DNA of 64,000 nt from Candidatus Lloydbacteria bacterium RIFCSPLOWO2_01_FULL_50_20 (GCA_001821435.1 MHLP01000007.1:1620-65619); one strand, 5' to 3'; counted from the first letter of the stretch, positions 1-10,616 are shown. Made by a program: numbers and translations. Notes: generated from the letters alone by a model not told the origin.

Positions 1-63
1 AGTGCGATAGAAAATGGCGCTGGCAACGATGCCACTCCAGAAGACATTTTGCCAGTCAACTGA
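1..63 (+). CDS. 3' end of a gene entering the window (SAIENGAGNDATPEDILPVN*)
   Basis: Open frame from base 1 to TGA at 61-63; too short to identify. Confidence 0.3.
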   Translation, partial: SAIENGAGNDATPEDILPVN

Positions 64-183
64 TCGGCCGGTCTCACATACTCTTTTCTCAACCCACTCT
101 GGCGGACAGACTGGTGCGGAATAATTCCACCAGTCATACGGTTCTAACGGAACTTGGCATCTTCCCATTGATTTCTCCGCATG

Positions 184-217
184 TTGCGGCTACCTGACCC
201 GTGTCAGGTAGCCGCAA
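184..217. repeat. Perfect palindrome (15-bp arms), REP-like or terminator
   Basis: TTGCGGCTACCTGAC-ccgt-GTCAGGTAGCCGCAA. Confidence 0.8.
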
Positions 218-410
218 ATACGGAGGAAAGGCTTCTGGCTATACCTTACATCTTCCGGTCATTCAGTCAACGCGCATGGGAGATGAAAGGTTAATAGTCT
301 ATCGTCGACAATATTTTCTAGTCCTGTTAGCGTTCCCAAGATGTTAAATTCCTCATGAGTTATTCATTGCCGCATGTGGTATAATATTATATATAATTTT
401 TTTATATTGA

Positions 411-653
411 AACAATCATCACCTCAGGTATATGCAACAGAACGTTTAAAAGCGGGCTTGAGTCCTGATGCGATCAAGCGGGATCTCCTTGCTGTCGGCT
501 GGTCGGAAGAGGAGGCGAATACGGCCATCGTCGGAGGGCTTATCGCTCTCGGGGTCCCTGTTCCGCCGAATGGAACGCGGACAGGCCACGGCAGACTCTC
601 TTCGACCGTTGAAGTAGTGCTCAATTTTTTCTCTTTTATCGCTCTTGGTGTTG
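411..653 (+). pseudogene. Duplicated 5' fragment of the membrane protein gene at 2628-3824
   Basis: 243-bp direct repeat of 2632-2874 with about 8 substitutions; ATG replaced by TTG; frame diverges after ALGV. Confidence 0.85.
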
Positions 654-698
654 CGAAATTTCCTATTCCTGTGACAAACGAAGGTTTTATAAAAACCA

Positions 699-962
699 CT
701 AATTTATCCCTTTCTCCATTTGTGATCTTATCGCTTCGATTTGCTCATCGGTCAATATGAGCTCACCGTTTTCGTTAACTTCAGCCCCCTCACGCATGAG
801 TGCCTTAGCCACTTCTCCTTGGTTATATTTTGTTAATCGAGCGATCTTTCCGACCGCTTCTGCGATGCGCTCGGCGTGTTCTTGTGGGTTGCGTTCAGTA
901 AGTTCATCGCGTATTTCTGCCTCGCTCCTTATTAAACCTTCTGCTGATTCATGTGATCCCAT
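699..962 (-). CDS. Hypothetical protein (87 aa)
   Basis: Charged, helical, protein-like ORF with AT-rich upstream region. Confidence 0.65.
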   Translation of the reverse strand: MGSHESAEGLIRSEAEIRDELTERNPQEHAERIAEAVGKIARLTKYNQGEVAKALMREGAEVNENGELILTDEQIEAIRSQMEKGIN

Positions 963-1170
963 GATAGTTGGTTATTAATATACGATTCATTATTGACTAA
1001 TGTCTAAATTTTGTCAAAACAGGCGGAGAGTTAAGCCTCACGCGATTGACGACCCGATTAAAAAATTTATTGCGCCCCGCTATACCATGCGGTCTCTTGC
1101 CACAGGGTGGTTGATTGAGTTATTATTAAAATGGCGCCATTATTTAAAAAACTACATAAAACATAATCAT

Positions 1171-1830
1171 ATGAGTAGAGAAAGTGTAAATGCACAAAAG
1201 ACTTTTCCTGAGTTCACGTCAGTAAATATTAATGAAAACGAAAGAGCAAAATTGATTAATGGAATTCTTGAAGGAAAGAAAGTCGAGGTCCTTTCACAAG
1301 AAGAAGTGGCTAAAATTTTAAAAGCTGTTTCTGAAAAAGTTACAGGAACTGTTGATACCGCGTCGCTTGAAGAGCGAATGGCTGGTAAAATTAGTACTGA
1401 TTGGGATCTTGAGCAACATGAGGTAAAAAAAGATGAATCACATAGGGGCACCTTTTCAAGCCCCAATAATGGTGTATTTTCTTGGGTTGATGAGTCGGGC
1501 GATGTGTGGGTTGCGTCTTCGTCTTCATCCGTTTATGAGTTGGCTCGCAAGAGTGGGTTGAGGGAAGCTGAGTATGGCGTGCCTCATTCAAATGACGAAG
1601 GTGAATGGATGGCACACCATAGTAAATTTAGACAAGCAGAAACACTCCGGCAATTGGAGCACGATCTCGCTGAAGCAAAAGATGAGATTACGAAATCAAC
1701 TATTGAGAAGGAAATCCAAAAAATTAACAGTGGTTTCTACAACGACGAAAATTACAGAGCCGCAATCGAACAACGTACTAGAAAACCTGAAGCGGACCAG
1801 GCAGATACAGTGGAAGCACCCAAAATCTGA
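1171..1830 (+). CDS. Hypothetical acidic protein
   Basis: Long ORF; likely start MSRESV after an A-rich leader. Confidence 0.7.
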   Translation: MSRESVNAQKTFPEFTSVNINENERAKLINGILEGKKVEVLSQEEVAKILKAVSEKVTGTVDTASLEERMAGKISTDWDLEQHEVKKDESHRGTFSSPNNGVFSWVDESGDVWVASSSSSVYELARKSGLREAEYGVPHSNDEGEWMAHHSKFRQAETLRQLEHDLAEAKDEITKSTIEKEIQKINSGFYNDENYRAAIEQRTRKPEADQADTVEAPKI

Positions 1831-1968
1831 CGCCTATGGTAGTAGAGTTGGAATACACATTACCAGGTTACTTTTAGACCAAAAAAAAGTTCTAACGTCG
1901 TCTATAAAAGTGTACCACAAGGTTTATCCACAACCTCACTCAGTCGGCTTTGCTCGCGCATGTACGAT

Positions 1969-2588
1969 ATGAAAATGGGGACAACGATTGCGGAAGGTAA
2001 CTTTGAATGGCTGGGGGTTACTGAAATTATAGACAAAAAAAAGAATGCACTTTACCGGGCAAATTCGACCACGTTGGTCCTGGTCGTAATGTTTCTGATT
2101 GTCTACCTCATACTGCCATCGGTAACAGAGGTGCCAGCGTCATCTTCGCCGATGCTGGTGTTGTTATTTGGTGCTTTGATTTCTGTAATATGGGGTGTTT
2201 CCTTTGCATTTGGTTACGCCGGATTGAGCTACGTTTCCACATATGGGATCCGACCGGACAGATAACGCCGAACACAGATATAGCACTACGTAGCATGGTT
2301 TGGAAATTTCGACCATCTCGCTTGAAAGAGACTCTTGCGGGCGACTTGGCCTTTGGGAGATTGGCTGTGTCTGAATGGGGATTGAAGGGAGTCGTCGGCG
2401 TGCCGTGGCATGACATAAAGTCGATGTCCTTGATCAATTCACAAACAGTTTCGTTGCTAAGAGCAGAGAGATTTTTTCATGTGCCTGTTGCAAAAAGGAA
2501 AGTTGTTCTTCACTTTAATACGAACGACGATTGTCAGCAGTTCGTCCAAGCGGTAAAGGGGAGATTGCTCAGCATATCGGAATCTTAA
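1969..2588 (+). pseudogene. Membrane protein apparently split by a frameshift near 2235
   Basis: ORF 1960-2265 (2 TM helices) overlaps ORF 2190-2588 (soluble C-terminal part). Confidence 0.45.
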
Positions 2589-2627
2589 CTATCTGCTTGC
2601 CTCAATTTGTGGTATACTACCAATATT

Positions 2628-3824
2628 ATGGAACAATCATCACCTCAGGTATATGCAACAGAACGTTTAAAAGCGGGCTTGAGTCCTGATGCGATCAAGC
2701 AGAATCTCCTTGCTGTCGGCTGGTCGGAAGAGGAGGCGAATACGGCCATCGTCGGAGGGCTTATCGCTCTCGGGGTCCCTGTTCCGCCGAACGGCGCGCG
2801 GACGGGCCACGGCAGACTCTCTTCGACCGTTGAAGTAGTGCTCAATTTCTTCTCATTTATCGCTCTTGGTGTTGTGGCGTTCGCGCTGGTGACGCTTTAT
2901 TACCAGATCATCAATTATTATTTTCCGGATCCGCTCATCATTCGTTACGGAGGCTCGGATGTCTCTTCGGAGGCAATCCATTATGCCATTGCTGCACTGA
3001 TCATCACTTTCCCGATCTATGTACTTGCCGTGCGGCTTTGGTTCAAGCGCTTTCGCGAAGATCTGGAAAAGGTGGAGACCAAGCTTACCAAGTGGCTTAC
3101 GTATCTCATACTGCTCGTCTCGGCGATCACCATTGTCGGTGACCTTATCGCGGCCGTATTTTTTCTCCTTCAAGGCGAAGTCACTCCGCGATTTTTCTTA
3201 AAGGCATTAGTTATCCTGATACTTGCGGGGATGATCTTCGGTTTCTATTTCTTAGAACGAAAAAAGATCCAATATCGCAGAGATATCCCGCGCCGCACAT
3301 TCCAGACCCTCGGATGGGTCGCGCTGGGGATCGTCCTTGTCGCGATCGTGCTCGGTTTTATTGTCGGCGGATCGCCCAGCACCGCGCGAAAGAGCGGTTT
3401 TGATACGCAGCGTGCAGATGATCTTCGAACGATAGCAAGCTGTGTCGCGAATTTCGGGATCAATCAAAAACGGCTCCCCGATACCCTTGGAGAGCTGTCG
3501 AAGAGCGGGCAATATGCATATTGTCTCTCGGGAATGGCAGATCCTGAAACGGGAATGCCGTATGAATATCGCATTGTCGTGCCTTCGGTTGTTGTCGGAG
3601 GAGTGCGCCAGGGAGAATTTGAGCTCTGTGCCGAGTTCTCGCTTCAGTCAGAAAGTGTCCCGATCGAGAAAAATGGCTATGGTTTTCCTCCAGACAAATG
3701 GAGCGAACATGGGTCGGGCAGAAACTGTGACACGGAAACGGCAAATTTGGAACGCTATCTTGATGCTCCTCTGCCGGGTGAAAGCGCAGTTCCCGCTCCA
3801 GCCATACAGTCGAGATACTATTAA
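2628..3824 (+). CDS. Multi-pass membrane protein, DUF5671-like
   Basis: About 5 TM helices, KWLTYLILL motif, D..RADDL and DPETG.PYEY..ELCA.F motifs. Confidence 0.75.
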   Translation: MEQSSPQVYATERLKAGLSPDAIKQNLLAVGWSEEEANTAIVGGLIALGVPVPPNGARTGHGRLSSTVEVVLNFFSFIALGVVAFALVTLYYQIINYYFPDPLIIRYGGSDVSSEAIHYAIAALIITFPIYVLAVRLWFKRFREDLEKVETKLTKWLTYLILLVSAITIVGDLIAAVFFLLQGEVTPRFFLKALVILILAGMIFGFYFLERKKIQYRRDIPRRTFQTLGWVALGIVLVAIVLGFIVGGSPSTARKSGFDTQRADDLRTIASCVANFGINQKRLPDTLGELSKSGQYAYCLSGMADPETGMPYEYRIVVPSVVVGGVRQGEFELCAEFSLQSESVPIEKNGYGFPPDKWSEHGSGRNCDTETANLERYLDAPLPGESAVPAPAIQSRYY

Positions 3825-3889
3825 TGTCTTATCCACATGCAGGGAGCCTGTGTTATACTTGTTCGACATTAATAAATAATCTCATCGTC

Positions 3890-4138
3890 ATGAAACCAGT
3901 TGCAATTTATACGACCGAAACCTGCGGATATTGCCGGCTTGCAAAGGAATTTTTTCAGAAAAACAACATCCAGTATCAGGAATTCAACGTCGGAACGGAT
4001 CTTGAAAAACGCAAAGAGATGATCGAGAAAAGCGGACAAATGGGGGTTCCGGTCATCGTGGTGGGGGATGATATGATCGTCGGATTCAACAAGCCGAAGC
4101 TCGAGGGACTCCTCAATATCCCCGCGGCGGTTGCATAG
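3890..4138 (+). CDS. Glutaredoxin-like protein (NrdH/YruB family)
   Basis: CGYC active site, GQMGVPVI, IVGF. Confidence 0.92.
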   Translation: MKPVAIYTTETCGYCRLAKEFFQKNNIQYQEFNVGTDLEKRKEMIEKSGQMGVPVIVVGDDMIVGFNKPKLEGLLNIPAAVA

Positions 4139-4233
4139 GCAGAGAAGAAAATCCGTGACGACGAATGTCACCTCCTTTCCTACGTGTGGATAAAATAACC
4201 ACATACTAGTGTATATGTGCTATATTATATAAT

Positions 4234-4872
4234 ATGCGGAGATTATCCGATGAGCGACACAAGCATCTCGTTACTTTGCGAATGAGTGGCAAAAGTATTC
4301 CCGAAATCTCAAAAGAAACCGGAGTTGCAAAAACCACCGTTCTTCGCCACATAAAGGGTGTTCAAGTTCCACATAAATTTCAAACAATCCTTAGAGAAAA
4401 ACAAGGGGGGTCAAAAGATCGTGCTAAAGCCCTTCGAGTAAACATAACAGCGGAAACAGAGAAATTGGTGGGAAGTATTTCCAACCGAGATTACCTTTTC
4501 CTGCTCGTTGGATTGTATTGGGGTGAAGGCACCAAGATGGATTTCTCTGTAATTAACTCAGACCCGCTTCTTATACAAACCTTCATCCATTGCTTGAAAA
4601 CCCTAAATATAGCGAATGATCGGCTCGCTATTTCTCTGAGAGTGCATAGGGGAATTTCTATACCAGAAGCAAAAAGGTTCTGGGCTCGGACAACGGGTTT
4701 ACCGAAACAAATAATAGAGCGAGTTGAAATTATAGATGGAAAGAAGAAGGGGAAACTTCCGCACGGCATGTGTCGAGTGCGGGTGAGGTCAGGAATACGC
4801 GATCGCCTACTCATTCAAAGTGCCATAGATTTTATTGGAAAAGAATGTAATAAAGGAATAGTATCCCAATAA
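4234..4872 (+). CDS. HTH + LAGLIDADG-like endonuclease-fold protein
   Basis: N-terminal HTH (GKSIPEISKETGVAKTTV), GLYWGEG, NSDP motifs. Confidence 0.65.
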   Translation: MRRLSDERHKHLVTLRMSGKSIPEISKETGVAKTTVLRHIKGVQVPHKFQTILREKQGGSKDRAKALRVNITAETEKLVGSISNRDYLFLLVGLYWGEGTKMDFSVINSDPLLIQTFIHCLKTLNIANDRLAISLRVHRGISIPEAKRFWARTTGLPKQIIERVEIIDGKKKGKLPHGMCRVRVRSGIRDRLLIQSAIDFIGKECNKGIVSQ

Positions 4873-4947
4873 GCCGCCGTAGTTCAATGGATAGAACGAG
4901 GGACTCCTAAGCCCTAGATGCAGGTTCGATTCCTGCCGGTGGCACCA
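4873..4947 (+). tRNA. tRNA-Arg(CCT)
   Basis: Cloverleaf GCCGCCG...CGGTGGC-ACCA, loop CT-CCT-AA, GGTTCGATTCC. Confidence 0.95.
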
Positions 4948-5132
4948 AAACAGAACTCAACGGCTTTTTCAAAGCCAGAAGGTGGGACGCGCTCCGCGCG
5001 TGGCACATCATTTGTTTTGAAAATAGGTTCGAGCTTGGTACAATAAACACACCAGTGGCGGGGTCGGGACGGGTGCGATTCCACTTGGCGCGACAATTTT
5101 TGATTCACTGCTCGAGATGATACAATGAAAAT

Positions 5133-5420
5133 ATGGAGCCCAATGAACAAAGAAAGATCGACGAGCTGCTTAAGCTTGAAAAGGAAAACAACAGCATGCT
5201 GCGCCGCATGCGGCGGAGCATGGTCTGGAGTCAGATCTTCACCGCCTTTTACTGGCTCGTGATACTTGGTGCGCTCGGTTGGTCATATTATTATTTGCAA
5301 CCTTATATTACGCAGTATTGGAACGCCTATCAGTCGGCAATAAAAACGCTGCATGAAATAGGGGAGCAAGGGAAAACCTTGCCGGCGAATCTTCAGGAAG
5401 TTCTTGATAAAGTTCGCTAG
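5133..5420 (+). CDS. Small single-TM hypothetical protein
   Basis: ENN.ML..MRR motif followed by a TM helix. Confidence 0.75.
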   Translation: MEPNEQRKIDELLKLEKENNSMLRRMRRSMVWSQIFTAFYWLVILGALGWSYYYLQPYITQYWNAYQSAIKTLHEIGEQGKTLPANLQEVLDKVR

Positions 5421-5525
5421 TGTGTTATTCTTGAAAAACTCCGATTTCTGCTCGGGTAGCTGTTTTGGCAGATAACGTTAGATGGTTACAAGGGTATTAT
5501 GTATGTGAAAAAGTTCGAAGTTTCT

Positions 5526-5598
5526 GCTCGGGTAGCTCAGTTGGTAGAGCGTCCGCCTGAAGAGCGGTAGGTCACCAGTTCGACCCTGGTCCCGAGCA
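5526..5598 (+). tRNA. tRNA-Phe(GAA)
   Basis: GCTCGGG...CCCGAGC-A, loop CT-GAA-GA. Confidence 0.95.
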
Positions 5599-5806
5599 CT
5601 TGTTAATGTTGAGCTACCCGAGTTTTAAGGAAGCTCAGTTAGCAAGCGAGGTCTCGCGAAGACACGAGACACCAGGCTCGCTTTTTGGTTAAGGAGCGTC
5701 CCGCCGGACGCACAATAGCACAACTCGCTTTCTCCGCTTCGCTTCGAAAACGATCTCCAATAAGCCGATCACCGAAGACGGCGAACCGGGTCGGCTTATT
5801 GGGGAA

Positions 5807-6385
5807 TTAATTATGAGTGATCGATTTCACTTTCAATTCCTGGGTTTTTGTCGTATCAACGCGGGGGAGTCTGATGACCAAGAGACCATACTTTTCAACG
5901 GCTTCAGCGCCATCGGTATCGATCTCGAAAGGAAGCTCAATGTTTCGCGAGAATTCTCCCCAGTAAAGCTCCCGCATTCTGTACCGTTCTTCTTGAACGC
6001 CCTTAGGTGCGACACGCTTTCCTTCGATAGTGACCATATCGCGCGTGATCGTGATATGCAGATTCTCCGGAGTAACACCCGCGATCATGCTTTGTATGAT
6101 AAGCTCATTGTCCTCTTCATACATATCGATCGCCAGCCCGGGCTCTTCATCGCCGTCTTCTTCTTCGTACGATGTTTCTTCCTCATCGATTTCCTCGTGT
6201 TCATTTTCAGTATCTCGAGCGTATCCATGATCTTCGCTCTCTTCTTCAGTATCATCTACACGCGGTGACCAAGGTTTCTCGCTCAGGATGTGCGCCGCCG
6301 AACTTCCTTTCATTGCCGAAGTTGTGTCTCCGATTGTCTGCGTACCGGTCAATCGCTCAAGAAATGATTGTTTTCGCTCTTTCAT
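5807..6385 (-). CDS. Hsp20/alpha-crystallin small heat shock protein
   Basis: ELYWGEFSRNIELP, YGLLVIRLP; long acidic N-terminus. Confidence 0.9.
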   Translation of the reverse strand: MKERKQSFLERLTGTQTIGDTTSAMKGSSAAHILSEKPWSPRVDDTEEESEDHGYARDTENEHEEIDEEETSYEEEDGDEEPGLAIDMYEEDNELIIQSMIAGVTPENLHITITRDMVTIEGKRVAPKGVQEERYRMRELYWGEFSRNIELPFEIDTDGAEAVEKYGLLVIRLPRVDTTKTQELKVKSITHN

Positions 6386-7167
6386 AACGAAATATTTTTA
6401 GGCGGAATACTGATAACAATGCCCGTGTGGGGATGCTCGACATGGCTTCGCAACGCCAAACGTTTGATCTTTTCACAGATCAGCAATATTCCAATAATAA
6501 GGATCCAGAGCACGATGAAGACCTCATACAGGAGGGTGCCTTCACTTGCAATTATAGAAAAGTTAAAGAGTGTGTGCAATGCAAAGGCGCCCAGTAACGC
6601 AACGCATACTGCGGTCAAACGGACAGTTCTCCTCTGGTAGAATGTAAGGGCAAAGGCAATGCCCACCAGCCCGCTTGCGGCGACATGGAGGAGCGTCGCG
6701 CCGATAAACCTCAGATTGCTCAGGGTGATCGCTGAGAGCGTATCGCCCTGCCCGAGCGGGTTGAAGAGGAACATGGCATTTTCAAGCGCCGCAAAGCCCA
6801 GCGCTATCGTTATAAAATAGATGACCGCATCGATCGGTTCATCAAAGTATTTCGTTCTTAATGCAACGACATAGATCCCGACAAACTTCAGCAATTCTTC
6901 AGTGACGGCCCAAAGGAAAAGGATACGGTAATCTCCGTCCGCCAGATGATAGGTGTTCCGTGCCAGATCGTAGACAGAACTTTCAAGCGGAAAGGCGAGG
7001 GCAGCCGCGATCATACCGACAAGAAAGGAGAGTATCAAAAGCCCACGCGGTTCCGGATGAAGTCTGTCTTCTTTGAGCCAGAACCAGAGCCAGAATGTCG
7101 CAGGAAGTATTCCTCCGAGGAGTGCGAGGAAAAGCGCTCCAGGCGTCATCAAAAGATCAATAGTCAT
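6382..7167 (-). CDS. PrsW-family intramembrane metalloprotease
   Basis: EELLK, LGFAALEN, LLH, LHTLFN motifs. Confidence 0.9.
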   Translation of the reverse strand: MTIDLLMTPGALFLALLGGILPATFWLWFWLKEDRLHPEPRGLLILSFLVGMIAAALAFPLESSVYDLARNTYHLADGDYRILFLWAVTEELLKFVGIYVVALRTKYFDEPIDAVIYFITIALGFAALENAMFLFNPLGQGDTLSAITLSNLRFIGATLLHVAASGLVGIAFALTFYQRRTVRLTAVCVALLGAFALHTLFNFSIIASEGTLLYEVFIVLWILIIGILLICEKIKRLALRSHVEHPHTGIVISIPPKNISL

Positions 7168-9361
7168 ATGGGGTCACGATAAGCGGCCGCTTTCTGTCGG
7201 GAAGCGATTGCCAGATCTCTTCAGTGATGAACGGCATGAAGGGGTGAAGAAGCACCAGACTCTTTTCGAGCAGCATGAAAAGCATATATTGCGCGGAAAG
7301 TTTATCAGCGGGATCTTCTCCGGTGAAGCGCGGTTTGCATTCTTCGAGGATCTTGTCGGCAAATGTGTGCCAGACATAGTGATAGATCTTTTCTCCGGCA
7401 ATATAAAAACGATACGCCTCGATGTCCTCGGTGATATCTTTTGCGATAGCGGTGAGCTCATCGAGGATCGCACGGTCTTTTTCCCCAAGCGCGGGCGGCT
7501 TACTGAGGTCGGTGCCTTCGATGGCTGTCAGAACAAAGCGTGAGATATTCCAAAGCTTATTCGCAAAATATTTATACGCCTTTACCTTATCCTCGGAGAT
7601 GCGGGTGTCGGTTCCCGGCGTGTTGCCGATGATGAGGGCCATACGTCCGGCATCCGCACCGAACTTTTTCGCGATGTCGATGGGATCTATACCGTTACCG
7701 AGCGATTTAGACATTTTTCTTCCATGCGCGTCGCGTACGGTGCCGTGAAGATAGACGGTGCGGAAAGGAATAGTACCGAGCGCGTATCCGGTCATGAGTA
7801 TCATGCGAGCAACCCAGAAAAAGAGGATCTCATAGCCTGTTTCGAGTACCGTTGTGAGGTGGTACGTCTCCAGATCTTTCGTCTTCTCCGGCCAGCCGAG
7901 CGTGGAGAATGTCCAGAGCCCCGAAGAGAACCATGTGTCGAGCGTATCGGGATCCTGATCCCAGCCTTCGCCGTCCGGCGCCTCGACACCCGCATACACC
8001 TCATCGTTTTGGCCTGCCGTGAGCTTCGTCGAACGGTACCATACAGGAATACGGTGTCCGTACCAGATCTGCCGTGAAATGCACCAATCGCGCAGGTTAT
8101 CTATCCAGTGAAAATAGGTTTTTTCAAAATGTTCAGGAATGATCGTTGTCGCACGGCTCTCGACCACCTTGCGCATGATCTCTTTCAGTGTTGTCTTTGA
8201 CCCTGATGCTATCCCCGGAATAGCGGAATAGGGGAGAGTGAATTCTTTGTTGACCGCAACAAACCACTGTTTCATGATCTGCGGTTCAATAAGTCCGCCC
8301 GTTCGTTCGGCTGTGGCCACGTTGTGTGTGTAGGCTTCTTCTTTGACGACGAGACCTTTTGCGCGCATTTTTTCCACAATTAGTGCACGAGCTTCGCTAA
8401 TTTTTTTCCCGGCAAATTCACCCGCTATCGAAAGTAGCCTCCCATAAGTATCAATGATCTGCTCCTTGTCGAGGTTATGCCGTTCTGCAATCTCAAAGTC
8501 GACCATACTATGCCACGGTGTGATCGTCATAACCCCTGTTCCGAACGCCATGTCGATGGCAGGGTCTTTTACCACTGTTGCAGTAATGGGGCCGTTGATC
8601 CATTCAAGTTCAAACTTTTCGCCATTTTTATATTTTGTATAGCGCTTGTCATCAGGATGCATGACAACGTACTTATCACCGAATTTCGTTTCCGGGCGGG
8701 CGGTGGCAATTTCAAACGGACCATACTTAAAAGTGTAAAATGTTGTTCCTTCTTCTTTGTAAACAATTTCATCGTCCGATATCGTTGTCTGACCCTTCGG
8801 ATCCCAGTTCACGATCCGCTGTCCCCGATAGACAAGACCGTCGTCATACATTTTTTTGAACATTGTCCGTACGGCCTTTGTGCGCACCTCGTCGAGCGTG
8901 AACGCTTCCCGCGACCAGTCACAAGAGGCGCCGGTCACCTTTATCTGTTCAACGATGGTGTCGTGGCTTTCTTTTGCGAATCGTTCGATCCGGCGCAGTA
9001 ATTCGTCGCGTCCGATATCGTGACGCGATCTTTTCTCTTTTTTATAGATGTCTTTCTCGACTTTTGCCTGAGTTGCTATGGCGGCATGGTCTGTTCCCGG
9101 AAGCCATAATGTCCGCTTTCCGCTCATGCGCGCAAAACGTATGAGAATGTCTTCGATGGTGATCATGAGCGCGTGGCCCATATGAAGCACCCCGGTCACA
9201 TTGGGCGGCGGCATGACGATCAAATAAGGCTCAGCATCGGCTTTCGTATACCCCTTTTTAACGCAAATATCCGGATCAAAGACGCCGAGATCGAGCCACA
9301 GCTGATAGATACGCCCCTCGGTTTCTTCGGGGTTATACGGAGACAGAAATTTAGGGTCCAT
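7157..9361 (-). CDS. valS: Valine--tRNA ligase (lacks C-terminal coiled coil)
   Basis: PPPNVTG.LHMGH, DWCISRQ, DTWFSS, KMSKS. Confidence 0.97.
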   Translation of the reverse strand: MDPKFLSPYNPEETEGRIYQLWLDLGVFDPDICVKKGYTKADAEPYLIVMPPPNVTGVLHMGHALMITIEDILIRFARMSGKRTLWLPGTDHAAIATQAKVEKDIYKKEKRSRHDIGRDELLRRIERFAKESHDTIVEQIKVTGASCDWSREAFTLDEVRTKAVRTMFKKMYDDGLVYRGQRIVNWDPKGQTTISDDEIVYKEEGTTFYTFKYGPFEIATARPETKFGDKYVVMHPDDKRYTKYKNGEKFELEWINGPITATVVKDPAIDMAFGTGVMTITPWHSMVDFEIAERHNLDKEQIIDTYGRLLSIAGEFAGKKISEARALIVEKMRAKGLVVKEEAYTHNVATAERTGGLIEPQIMKQWFVAVNKEFTLPYSAIPGIASGSKTTLKEIMRKVVESRATTIIPEHFEKTYFHWIDNLRDWCISRQIWYGHRIPVWYRSTKLTAGQNDEVYAGVEAPDGEGWDQDPDTLDTWFSSGLWTFSTLGWPEKTKDLETYHLTTVLETGYEILFFWVARMILMTGYALGTIPFRTVYLHGTVRDAHGRKMSKSLGNGIDPIDIAKKFGADAGRMALIIGNTPGTDTRISEDKVKAYKYFANKLWNISRFVLTAIEGTDLSKPPALGEKDRAILDELTAIAKDITEDIEAYRFYIAGEKIYHYVWHTFADKILEECKPRFTGEDPADKLSAQYMLFMLLEKSLVLLHPFMPFITEEIWQSLPDRKRPLIVTPYDY

Positions 9362-9487
9362 CGAATAAATTATAGCATGCAGGTTTGCCTATCTTTTTAT
9401 GGAGAATGCGCAGGAGAAAGAGTGATAAATTTCCCTGAAGACTTTCTTTGCATGCTCGCATTACGTCGGGATATTTCTCAAGGACAA

Positions 9488-9521
9488 CATTAAGGACATT
9501 TCATAATGTCCTTAATGTTCA
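9488..9521. repeat. Perfect palindrome (15-bp arms)
   Basis: AACATTAAGGACATT-tcat-AATGTCCTTAATGTT; coordinates approximate. Confidence 0.75.
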
Positions 9522-9770
9522 GAATTTTTTCATTACCACATAATACCCATTTTTATATTTGAAATATTTTATCTTTGAGAGAATTTTTTTCACGGGTATT
9601 CATTATCACCTCATCACACTCTTTTATAATGAGCGTGCGCAAAAAAAAGATCACCATTCTTATTTTTTTAGGATATCTTTGCGGCCGTTTTTAAATTCCT
9701 TATATTTTTCTTTTGTTGCGGATTACACGCATTTCACTTGGAATTTTTAACGAAAAATTTCCCTAAACTT

Positions 9771-10616
9771 ATGATCATAAATTCACCCATACGAAATGTG
9801 GGCTACAAACGAAAATTGCCTTTTTTTATTCTCGCATGTTTTGCTGTTTTGTCGGGATTCATCTCCGCCCACTTTCTATTCACGGTTGAAGCAACCACCA
9901 GTTTTCCCATAAACAGTTCGTTTGAAAATACCGCTTCTTTGGAAGATGATGCGATAGGAGGGGTTAATGATATTGTCCTTGAGACAGAAGGGGATAACTC
10001 TGTGGATAACTTGGGCATTAATGAGTCTTTTTGTCGGCAGGCGTGACTACCGAAGCGGTCTCTCAGCAACGATATTCTCTCTCAAGGACAAAGCCGCAAA
10101 ATTTATCACAAAAAATGGAGAACCAGGAGGAGAAACAGGAACCGGCTGGCACGGAGAAACTTTTTGCAGCAGAGCCGGTAACTACCGATTCGCTTGATCT
10201 TTTTACTCTTATCAATAATTCAACGACGACGATCATCGGGAACATTCAAAGCGGCGATATGACCGGAACAGGAACGAAACTCTTGAATTTGCTTGCCACC
10301 CCCTCCGATCATTGGAGAGGCTGCCCCCTTAGACGACACGATGGGGAAGAATGTTTCCGCTTCTTTTCTCGAGTCCGACCATCCGACTGCTGTCACTTTT
10401 ACCGCAAAAGTAAAAGAAGGGCTCAGTATGCTCGGTTCCGCAGTAAACCCGCGAAGACTTTCCTCTCTCGACGGGTGGGTCATCTACATTATCTTTCGGG
10501 TAGTCCTTGCCGTAGCTCTCGGACTGTTTCACAAACGTCGATGCAGCAATCTCACCGTCGAGGAAGAAGCAATCAGGGAACAAATAACCAAAACAAAGAG
10601 GTATCCACGAATATAA
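9771..10616 (+). pseudogene. Degraded membrane-anchored protein in three overlapping frames
   Basis: ORFs 9738-10046, 10031-10663 and 10293-10616 each carry a protein-like stretch in succession (N-terminal TM, S/T-rich linker, C-terminal TM). Confidence 0.45.

Noticed and set aside
411-2874. Diversity-generating retroelement TR/VR pair
   Set aside because: Mismatches are not adenine-restricted, the repeat is at the gene 5' end, and there is no reverse transcriptase in the window
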